Origin: Adineta vaga
Lineage: Eukaryota > Animalia > Rotifera
Assembly: GCA_021613535.1 (NCBI GenBank)
Contig: CP075495.1
Coordinates: 11,408,001-11,472,000 of the forward strand
Length of the DNA stretch: 64,000 nucleotides
Direction of reading: 5' to 3'
Below are positions 40,102 through 51,410 of this stretch, piece after piece; within the stretch, counting starts at the first letter, position 1; each line of letters starts with the position of its first letter. A program made the translations under genes and the position numbers. Below the pieces are notes generated by a model. That model was not told the origin of the DNA. It did no database searches and saw nothing but the letters and a program-made list of their open reading frames with translations.

Positions 40102-41783
40102 ATGAATCATATGTCGAGTCTTTTGAAATTGCTATGCATTTTACTGATCAGTTCATTGTCTGTCAGTGATGTCTTCGATATTGGTCGACAAAAATATGAA
40201 CAAATTCAATTATTATCTACGTCATCATGTTGGCAACGAGTTTTAACTATGTTACATGAACATTGTTCATTGGATGAATTAGATAAGTATCAATCATCAA
40301 TTGCTTATCAATTTACACTTTGTCATCTATCGACAATGAATTCTGATTTAACACTTATTCAATGTAATGAACAAAATACGAATTCATGCGTTGAGAAACT
40401 TCATCAACATACAAATGCATTTATTGGTAAATAAAAATAATTCTAACTGACTTGATTTTTATGATTACTTTTCTTTAGCTTATACGGAATTTTATCCATT
40501 TGTTCAAAGTGTTTGTTATGTTTTACGTGAGAAATCTTATCAATCTGAATTGACATCACGTTTAACATTATTTCTTGAAAATTCACAAGAAACAATAACA
40601 AAATTAATATCATCAATTCATTTACAAAATCAATTAACACAAAAAATCAAACATCAACAATACATTCAAGAAACAATTCTCACCAATGCGATGAAATTAA
40701 AACAATTAGCTCGAACAAATATGGACAAAACACAAGATATTCTTAGTAATGTTATTCAAGCTGCTCATCATGAATATGATTTACTTAAACAAGTAAATGG
40801 ATTGGTTTTCAATAAGAAATATGTATATGCATACTTCATTCATTATGATTAGATTTGTGCACTTTCACAAACAATTCAAACAATTGTACGAATTACTTGT
40901 ACATATTCATTTTGGTTCTATGCTTTATCTATGTTTGCAATCTATATAATCACCATTCCAAAAAGAACAAATCGAGCTAGGTGATTAAACAGATGAACTA
41001 TGACTTTATTGTTTGTCAATTTCAGAGATATATTAGTTAGATTTCTTATATCTTATTTAGATCACTTCTATTTTCCGGCATGTTTCTATATATTTTTCTT
41101 GAACGTTATTTTCAAATGTCAACAGTAAATTATATAGAAATACTTTCTTTCGTTTGCTATTCTTTTCTCTTTTCTATGATAGATAATCAATTTCTATCAA
41201 TGGCGTTTAATTTGTTGGACTTGTTGTTTAGTAATTCTAATTCGTTTTGCATTTAAATATCAAAGTCGAACAGAAGTACATAATGAACAACTTTATCGTA
41301 TTACTACGAATTTAATTCAAACTGAAGCAACATTTCATCGAGTATCAAGAGAATTAAAACGTGCTCGTTCACGATCTCGTTCACGTTCTCGATCAATTCG
41401 ATCAAGACAATATCGAACTAAACTAACATTTCCACGTATTTTAAAAACGAACAATTCTCTATCTTCAGAAAATATACATTCTATTCTTGTCTTTCAGTTG
41501 TTCAAGATCAAACTGATGAAAATAAAGAAAATACTACTCCAAACGAAGAAATCATTTCATCACACAATAATCTCATAGACGACGAAAATGAACAATCATT
41601 TATAAATGATTCGAATAAACGACACTATAGTTTACTTTTATCTGATAAGTAAGTTTGTTTGTTTTTCTCATACAAAATATTGAAACTATTTATTTATTTA
41701 CTTTAAAAAAAAGGCAACCAAAAAAATCATCCAAATCAACGCGAATTCTATTAGGATCTAAACAAATTAATAACAATATATAA
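40102..41783 (+). CDS. GEX1/KAR5/Brambleberry family nuclear-envelope fusion protein, multi-exon
   Basis: Signal peptide; Cys-rich domain SCWQRVL..L...C...QSSIAYQFTLCHL....C......CVEKL....NAFIAYTEFY....VC; coiled coil; three TM segments with ITIPKRTNRAR and ER motifs; RS-rich cytosolic tail. Confidence 0.82.
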
Positions 41784-41843
41784 TTATTTCAAATTCAATC
41801 AAACTATTACTAGAATCTCTTTTCTCTCTTGTATATAATGTAT

Positions 41844-44128
41844 TTAAGAAGTTGAATTAGCCATTTTCGGATACATATCCAAATTTCGACATTCTGTCAG
41901 ATTATATTTTTGTAATTCATCAGAAGTAATTAAACCTTCTTCTGGTTTCATAGTCTTTTGAAGTTCTTGTGCTATCTAAAAAACAAAATAAACAATAGGA
42001 ATAAAAGAAAATGACCCTTTTTTTCTATGATTCTTATTTTACTTGTTCATTGCTTTCTAGTACTCGTAAAAGATTTCCACCAATAAGTTTAATGATATCA
42101 TCATCTGTCCAATTGCCTTGTGCTAATAAATATTCAATTAATTTGGGATATTTTGATACATCTTCAAGATCTTTTGGTGTTCTAAATAAGAATTTTCAAT
42201 GAGAATAAAAATAAAAGTTAGAATCTACTGACGTGCCAATACCATCATAATCAGCGCCTAAACCTATACTTTCAATTCCAGCAATATTTCGTATATGATT
42301 AATATGTTCTAAATAAAAGATATTTGAAATAAGAAATAGAAACAAACAAAAATTTGATTTTACCGGCAACATCACTAACTGTTCCAATATTCGAAGCATT
42401 ACATGTAATAAAGCCCGGTGCAAATGCAACCATTACTACACCGTTATTCTTTTTCTATAATGAATAAGAAATTCTCTTTTGAATCTCATTCAATTAATTG
42501 CAGATCATACCACTAATTGAAGTACATCATCTTGTACATTTCGTGTATGATTACATACGGCATATGCAGATGAATGACTAAAGATAACTGGTGATTTGGT
42601 GGTATCAAATACATCGATCATTGTTTGTTTGGATACATGTGCTAGATCAACTAGCATTCCTAGTCGATTCATTTCTGCTACAATTCGTTTACCAAAATCG
42701 GTTAAACCATTATTTTTTATCAATGTAGAATCTACACGATCAATTTGATTTTGATCGGCCCTAGAGACAAATAGAAGAATTAATGAACTAAAACAAAGAA
42801 ATAGATCGTTGATATTACCATGGATTATTACAATTATGCGTTAAGGTCATGTATCGTACTCCCATTTGATAGAATAATCTTAAAATAGCAAATGAACTTT
42901 CAATAGCTTGTCCACCTTCGACACCATATAGACTAGCAATACGTTTTGCAGCAAATGCTTGTCGAATTTCATCAGCAGTTTTAACCATTTGAAATACATC
43001 AGGATATTTTGCAAGTAATCGATTCATTAAATCAATTTGTTCCATAAAACTTATCGTTGCATCTTTTCCTTGATGTGTACAACTCGTATATATTGACCAA
43101 AACTAGAATTGAAAGAATTATTTCTCTATCATAGAAAATTAATTATTTGATATAGACCTGTCCACCAACTTGACCTATTCGTAATCGTGTTATATCTGTA
43201 TGTGATGGCGTAGAATTTTTGACAGAATGTTGAGTCATATCGTAGAGATCCAAATCATTGATTGTATTGTTAAAATTTGCTCGAATGAGCCATGCCCAAT
43301 CATTGTGTCTAAACAACGAAAGGTTTGAGAAAGTTAAAATATGATGATGATGATGAAATTCATACAAAATAGGTTAAAAGTTTATTAGGGAGCAATCATT
43401 TTCAGTCGATTATTCAAGTACAAAGACTTGAAATCTTTCAAGTACTAATTTTATATCCTACAATCGTCGAAAAGTATCCATAAATCATCAATGAGATAAT
43501 CTCTATATAGTTTTATTGATTTTATCGAAGCAGTAGTCAACTTAAACGTCTCAAAATCCTTTCTTTTCGTGACACAAATAAAACCTGTAAGCAATTGCAA
43601 AAGCCAATGTTCTTAACTATAGATTATTCAAAAAAATTCTTAAACGCTTGAACTCATTATAAGTTAAATAGAGACGAGTGTAACATATCTATTATATGAA
43701 TTTTTAACTGAAGTATATTAGTCTACTAGAATAATTAGACAGACTTCATTTCAAGATTTAATCGTTCATTCTTAGGATATGTATAGCTACTAAATTTTGA
43801 ACAATACTGTAGAAGAAGAAGAAGATATTCTATTTTCACTCACAATTACTGACGAAATTGTTTGACCTTCTCATTTTACATAAGATCTTTATTGAAAATA
43901 TCTTTGTATCTGGATCTTATCATTAATCAACATTTAAAAAAAACATGATTCTTACCCATCGATTAATGGATTATTTGCAAGTATCTTAGATGCTCGTTGT
44001 TCGACTGTAATTGGTGTTGGTTTTCGTCTACCGACAACAACTCCAACAGTTATACCAACAACAAGAGCAATGACCAATATAGTTCCTACACTACCAATAA
44101 TAATCACCTGTTTTCTTGTTAATGCCAT
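41844..44128 (-). CDS. DPEP: Membrane dipeptidase (peptidase M19, renal dipeptidase-like) with N-terminal TM anchor, multi-exon
   Basis: PLIDG|[82 protein letters not shown]; metal-ligand motifs present. Confidence 0.93.
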
Positions 44129-44631
44129 TATTCTATTCTTGACAATTGATTATGTTGTCTTGATCACAACTATCTAGTTTCACTATGTGGTAACGACGAA
44201 AGAAGATAGAGAAAAATGTCTCAACTATAGAGAGAAACAGAAAAGAGAGAAGAGATAACAGTATTAAAAAAGAAAGAACATTGATGAGAAGAGAGAGCGC
44301 GAGAGAGAGAGAAGTGACACACAGCAAGATCAATACGAAAGCTATAGTTTATTATGTATATGTATATGGATGACATGAGAATATGCATATCTTATTTTTT
44401 TCCCCGTTATAAAGTCTTCAGTCAATATACTTGCATTCATGCAATGATCATCTATTTTCTCTTCGATAATGTCATCCAACAATACTGATCAATACAATCT
44501 ATAAATCATTCTTGTCTTTTCCTCAGCCATTAGCAGTTATACTAATCATGTTCCAAATCAAACAAATCAACTATCGGACTACGCACAAATACATGCGTTT
44601 GTCTGTGCTTTTATTTATAATATACCTTTAC

Positions 44632-44662
<31 letters not shown>

Positions 44663-45145
44663 GTGGCTTTGTTTCACACACGCGCACACAAAGAAAAAAA
44701 CATTCTACTAAATAATCGATATATCAGCATCAGAAAATATGCACACTCAGAAATGCAAAAACAAACAAGAAATATAAGAGTGTGTATTCTGATAATTTTA
44801 ACAAAAAAAAAGAAAAGAACAAAATACAAGATGAAAAATGAGAATAAGAAGGAAGAATGCAAAGATATATATATATGTATATTAAATTTTCCAAGAAGGA
44901 TATAGCATAGCTGGAATGAATATACAGAAAAATAACATTTGTGCAAATTTTTGTGATCATTGAATATCGCGAGAAAGAGAGAGAGAGAGAGTAAAACAAA
45001 ACGTACTATCACCGGAATTTCTAAATCTATGTGTATATTATTTTCTTTTGAGATTGTTCATTTGAGACGAATGAAAAATATCCATGTAATTATATGCAAT
45101 AATATGGCACACGAAAAAACAAACAAGTAAATGTATCTATCGATT

Positions 45146-46568
45146 TCAATCTCCCATGGCTTTTCGACGACATGTTGGACATGAATCATTTTCGCTCAAC
45201 CATGTTGATATACATTGTAGATGAAATAAATGTGTACAATGTAATTTATTAATTGTTTCTTCATCATAAAATTCAGTTAAACATATCGGACATTTTTCAG
45301 TTAATTGAAGGGATGTTGTTGGACCAGTTTTATTTAGAAAAATAATTTTTGGTAAAGAATCAATTTCTTCTTGACTTAATCGTGTTGGAGGTAGATTCAG
45401 ACTAAGTATGCGTGACAAACGAATCATACTCTAGAGAAATTAAATAATAAGATAATGTGAATCTCAATGATTATTTTACCTCAATACTGTCGAATTCAGT
45501 TCGTGTACCCAAACGACCATAGATAAGACCAAAAACAAGTTGATCAAAATTATTCACAGCTCCTTCTAACGATTGTATCGAATCAATCACAATTTCAATA
45601 GCACGATTCAAACGTATATGAGCAACACCACTAATAAAATCTTGAGTATTAATAGTTGATGTTGAACTTGATGATGAAGATGCACTTGATGGAGTCGCTG
45701 TTGTTGTACGTGAACTAGAAAGAAATAGAATAGAATAGACTAGATTGATTCATGTTCATTTCATTTTTTACCGAATGTTAAAACCACCACCAAATGTTGA
45801 TCTCGATGTTCGACCAAAACCACCTGTTGATCGTGTAGATAGATTATCATCATCTGCTGTTATTAAGTTAAATACCGATTCTACTATATTATCAGTAGTT
45901 GGTGATGTTATTGGTTGCTCATCATCTTCATCAGATATGTACACAAGACGAATTTGTCGTGGTTGAACAGCAGGTGGCGTGGGAAGGATAAGTGGTGGAA
46001 TTGGTGAAGGTATAGGAATTATAGTTGTTACTGGTGGAGGCAAAACGGGAGATGGGATAGGCATAGACGCTGATGATATCGGTGTAGCTTGAGCAATTGG
46101 TGGAATTGGTCGACGAAAACGACGTGGCGCAACAATTGGTTGTGAAGTTTGAACTTGAGGTAAACGAATTTGTGATTCTGGACGACGCGTACGAAAATTA
46201 TATCGTTGTCGCGCTGTTGATGTGATATTAACTGATGGAAATCGTGTTAGTGGACGGCGAGAATCAGGTGTCAAAGAGCGATTTCGAAGTGAATAATTTG
46301 TACGAGGTACAATAGGTGGAGGTGGTCCCGTTGGTGGTGGATTATTACGTTGTCGTTTAGGGGGAGCATTCGAAGTATTCGCATTTGTTGGAAGAGATGA
46401 TATGGTAGCTGATAATGTCGTTGCGGTCGATATTGTATTCGATGCTACAGTAGCTGCTGCTACTGCAGTTGATGTTACTTGTGGATGAATAACATTATTA
46501 CTTTCAGTAACATTTGTTGATCGTGTGCGTTTACGTGTTGCCATCGATTTTGCTGGTAACGACGGCAT
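45146..46568 (-). CDS. RING-H2 E3 ubiquitin ligase (RNF38/44/111/165-like C-terminus), 3 coding exons
   Basis: CPICLTEF...LHCTHLFHLQCISTWL....CPTCR preceded by ENMIRLSRIL...LSQEEIDSLP; Pro/Arg-rich disordered N-terminus. Start at 46568 or 46544. Confidence 0.85.
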
Positions 46569-47317
46569 AAAAAATATAAAGGTCTCTTTTTTTTCCAACT
46601 ATTTAAATAAATAAATAATAAAAGAGCTATTTAGAAATCGAATACGATCGAAATGTTTGAACATGACATTGGCGTATGACCTTTGGATCGTTTACCAACT
46701 AGCTGGAACGAGAAGAAGAGTTTGTTTGTTGTTATTTCTCACTATTTTTTCAACAGTTCATTCTATAACCAATGAATGATAATTGAACAATAGATGGCGT
46801 TGGACAAATAGAATTTTTTTGCGGAAATATGAAGAATAATTGATTACAGGTGCGTTAGATTTCTTTGTTCGGAACAAAACGTTAGTGTTAATCATTGATA
46901 TATCTGCTGATAACAAAGACATTAAAGATTAATGCCTGTCAAAGTGTGTTTTAGGATATACAAAAAATGATTTGTTTTTAAAAGAAAGAATATGAATGTT
47001 ATTTGATAAAATAGAAATACTTTCAAAACAAACGAAATATTCGTTCGTTCTATGAACATTTATTATTTTCATTGGTTCATAATCTCTAGATGATCGAGCG
47101 CCACCAATATGATTTTTTTCTAACGTCCTTTTGTCATGTTCGTCTGTATTCGATAGAAGCATATGTAATTAATATAAATGAAAATCGATCAGTATATTAA
47201 TGATGATAAGTAATAATAGTAATTTCGTTTTTATTCTAGATTAAGATCATCTTTTTTGTTGGATTCTTTTCAATAATGAACAAATGCCAGCAATAAAACC
47301 AGTATAAATATCATTCA

Positions 47318-50065
47318 ATGTCGACTGCTGTTGTTGATTATGACAGCATAGTCGATTCTATTTGGAAGGATCGAATTGAAAGAGCATTGAAATATGTATG
47401 TCGAGCAATCGATTTAAGACAACGATGTGATGCTGTGTAAGATCTATAAGAAATTTCTTTTTCCTTTGTATTGCTTTTCATTAAAGGCCATTACTTGCCA
47501 AGATTGCTGATCATTATAATCATATTCGTCGACCACGTATTTTATCGGAATTCAATTCTGATCAGAATAAAACGTCACTCTATACGAATTGTTCATTTAA
47601 TGAATTAACTGGTGATAAAATGATTTGTTCACTTTCGATTTTACCTCAAATTGATCAATTACCAAATCTATTTACTTATGTTTCATTACAAAGCAATTTC
47701 TTAGTAATTTATTCTCTAATTGTTTCTTTACTCTCTAATAAAAACTTGATTATTTTAGTACGATACAATTACAAATCTATCTGACTTAGTTTTCGATGAA
47801 AATGATGAAGATGTTAAAAATCTTCTTATTTCTATACAATCGGATTCGTTTACTGAACAACAACAATGTAAATACATAAATATATTCATTTTATTAAATA
47901 TATCTATATATCTGATACTTTGTTTGTTGTTTCTTAGCCATTCGATTATTTTCATCAATGAAACGTACAAATCGTTCATCGAAAATCTCATTTTTAAATG
48001 ATCGAAATCATGAATTTATATTTGATGAAGAACATCTCTTGGAATTATTAAAACGTCTTAAACAACAGTCAGAACATACATCATCACCAATTACATCGGA
48101 GGATGAATCAAATTTATTTGATACATTAATTAGTAAGTAGTGTTTATATACTGAAAGTTTTTCAGAGCTACAATCGAAATACGATGAATTGTACAGAAGA
48201 AAATGAAAATAGTTCAGCTTATTTGAAAAGATATTTTTTACATTTTAGAATTTTATCCATCTTCTGCCGATTTAATTCGCGATCGATTCGGTACAGTATT
48301 TGAATCGAAACGTTTACCACCGAAAGAATTTACACCGAATATTGATAATAAATCATTAGCATTGGATACAACAATTGAAAATACATTACATTCATATTTT
48401 ATGTTGTTTTGTCGACGTTGTCATCGATATGATTGTTTCTTACATAAAGATAAGCCAGTTACACCTAATCTTAATCAATTGACGAAAAATTCTAATAATA
48501 ACTCTCGTCCATGTAATCCACAATGTTATCAAAGAAATTCTAAATCTTCTTATCAACAACGACGAACTAAACTTGAACTTAAACGAAGTTATAGTGAACT
48601 TTTCGATAATACAATATCTAAATCATCAACAAATGGTTTTCATTCTAAACGTCCAAAATCGAATATGATCAAAACCGAAGAAATATCATCTACATATGAT
48701 TTTAATTTCTCTCCCAATGGTTTACTTTTTAAACCATCATTAAAACGTAAATTCACCGATGAATTATCGAATTGGTTAGCAAGTGATAAGTCTTTATTTC
48801 GTATATTTTATAAGATATTTGGTAATAATATATGTATGATTGCGGATTTAATTGATAAACCATGTTCACAAGTATATACATTTTATCTAAATGAAATTGA
48901 AACAAAAGAAAAGAAATTATTCTTACAAAAACAATTATTATCTATTGGACCTCTGTTAGATATGGCACCATCAGATTCGATTGAAATGAAAATAAATGGC
49001 ACTCTGATAGGTGAATCAATTGAAGATGAAATAAAGATGTGTAATGGTAATGATAATCAACAATCGGTAAGATTTTCTTTTCTATGAATCTGATAATATA
49101 AATACAAAAAACTTTCATTTATTAGCCGAATGGAATTCGTCCAACAGGAAATCATTGTTCAACATCTCGTCGTTCTCACTCATCTTTGTTTCGTCGTCAA
49201 CGTAGTCATCAACATATCTTATTAACTCATCATAATAATCAATTACAAGAACAAAAACGTCATACATATTATCCATGTGATCATGATCGATCATTACCAT
49301 GTAATGAAGATTGTTATTGTGTTCGTTCAGGTAATTTCTGTGAAAAATTCTGTTGCTGTGCATCAACAAAATGTGATAATCGATTTCCTGGTTGTCGTTG
49401 TCGTTCATCTTGTACAACGAAACAATGTCCATGTTATGCTGCAGCACGTGAATGTGATCCTGATCTATGTACACAATGTGGTGCTGATGATTTTCGTAAT
49501 GGTAATACTACGAGTAATGAATTGATCACGAAATCTACATGTTCATGTCATAATGTTGCCATACAACGTAGTTTACATAAATCATTGTTATTAGCAGAAT
49601 CAGACGTTGCTGGTTGGGGAATTTTTACACAAGTAAATATTCAACGAAATGAATTTATTGCCGAATATTGTGGAGAAATTGTAAGAAGATGAAAGTCATC
49701 TATCAATAATTCGTTTTTTCTCCTTTTCGTATATTTAGTTAACACAAGATGAAGGTGAAATACGTGGACGAATGTATGATACAGTAGGTACAAGTTTTTT
49801 ATTTGATCTTAATGAAGAATATATGGTTGATGCTACACGTCGTGGAAATAAAATTCGTTTTGCAAATCATTCGATTAATCCGAATTGTTATGCGAAAGTA
49901 ATTATGGTTAATGGTGATCATCGAATTGGAATCTATTCGAAACGATCAATAGCTGCAGGAGAAGAGTTATTTTTTGATTATCGTTATGGTGCTAATCATC
50001 ATTTACGTTTTGTTGGAGTGGAAAAAAGTCTTTATGGAAATCAAGCCGATACATTATTGCTGTGA
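47318..50065 (+). CDS. EZH: Enhancer of zeste H3K27 methyltransferase (PRC2 catalytic subunit), multi-exon
   Basis: N-terminal [35 protein letters not shown]2, CXC (PCDH...CEKFC...RFPGCRC...[15 protein letters not shown]), SET ([44 protein letters not shown]). Confidence 0.95.
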
Positions 50066-50513
50066 TGTCTCAAATATTTCTGTTTTTTTTTCTTTTCTAT
50101 TCCGTAGTATTATTGAATTCTTTTGTTTTGTGTTTGCTCCGTGCATGTTCAAATTTTGTAGAGACATTTGTGCTCATTAATGTAGATTAGATTGAGATTT
50201 TGCTTTCTCTTTTCTTTCTCTTGTTCTCAATGCTTTGATTATTGTACGATACTTCCTTCTCTGTTTAAGTTATGAGAGAACATGTGAATTTCTGTTTTCT
50301 TTTGAAGAAAAGTTTGTTTAAATGAATATAAATTAAAGATTATATGTTGTTCTTTGAAAAGAATTGACATCCTCAAATTCAAGCATGTTTATACATTCTC
50401 TAGGATTTTACTTAATGAAATAGTATTTAAAGATTCGAAATCAATGCTAAAAGAGATCGCATTTTATATGTCTGAAGTGAAAATCAATGATTAACATGCA
50501 TCATTGAATAATT

Positions 50514-50967
50514 TTATGTAAGAACCACACTTTTAGTGGATTCGATCTTATAGACATATTCTACATAATTCTTCTGGCGAAGTTCATTCTCATAATCGAA
50601 TATCTGTTTACAAATATCAGTCGATTGATTAAGTTCACACGAACATCGATCATTACATGATAAATGTTTCGGCATATCAATTGATCCATGAACATAATGT
50701 AATTGATCTCGATAAGTCTGAATATCTTTCCATATTTGATTTAAATTCTTACCTATCCTTACGAGTTCATCATCCTTTTTACTGATCTCTAAATTAAGTG
50801 TATATCTTCGAAGATTAGATGTCGTATGGCAATTATTACCTAGAAAACAATTGCTTGTTTTGTTTTCATAAATCGAGATAGTTTAACATACATGGATGAT
50901 CATAGATATATGAATTATCCGAGAAATTCACGTTATTTCGTATCCATTTAGAAGGATCGGTCAACAT
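50514..50967 (-). CDS. Two-exon orphan (~133 aa, Cys-containing), missed by the ORF track
   Basis: Exon 50967-50892, 52-nt GT-AG intron 50891-50840 and stop-free exon 50839-50514 give MLTDPSKWIRNNVNFSDNSYIYDHPCNNCHTTSNLRRYTL...LSCNDRCSCELNQSTDICKQIF...SVVLT*. The true 5' end is uncertain. Confidence 0.55.
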
Positions 50968-51410
50968 TAAACAGCAATCATCATATTTTGAAAATGAATC
51001 AAATTCGATCAAAGAAAAACATTAAGACTATGAATATTTACGCGCCGATTCTTTGAAAAAGAAAGACAGAAAGTAGCATAGTGAACAAGATCAAATGTAT
51101 GATGAAAAAATTGAAATGGTAGTTAATCAAAATAACGTTGATTGATTGGAGTATAAGCTGTTCACTGGTTTAACATTAATGAAACTACTAGAATAGAAAA
51201 ATCCGGAATGTAGAGCGTTAAATAATTTTAAAAGTTCTTTTGGTACTTATTCATATTAATAATCAGTGTAGGAATCCATAAAACGTCGAAAATCAGAAAT
51301 ATGTTTATACCTAAATGCTGATTTAGGTATAATATCTATAAAAAAAAGAAATATTCTGTATTTTATTTCGAACATAATAAAATATTCCATTATTTTTGTA
51401 GACTTAGGAA

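Noticed and set aside
44133-45012. Several 66-112 aa F/L/I- or K-rich ORFs
   Set aside because: Artefacts of AT-rich and microsatellite sequence in promoter and 3'UTR regions.
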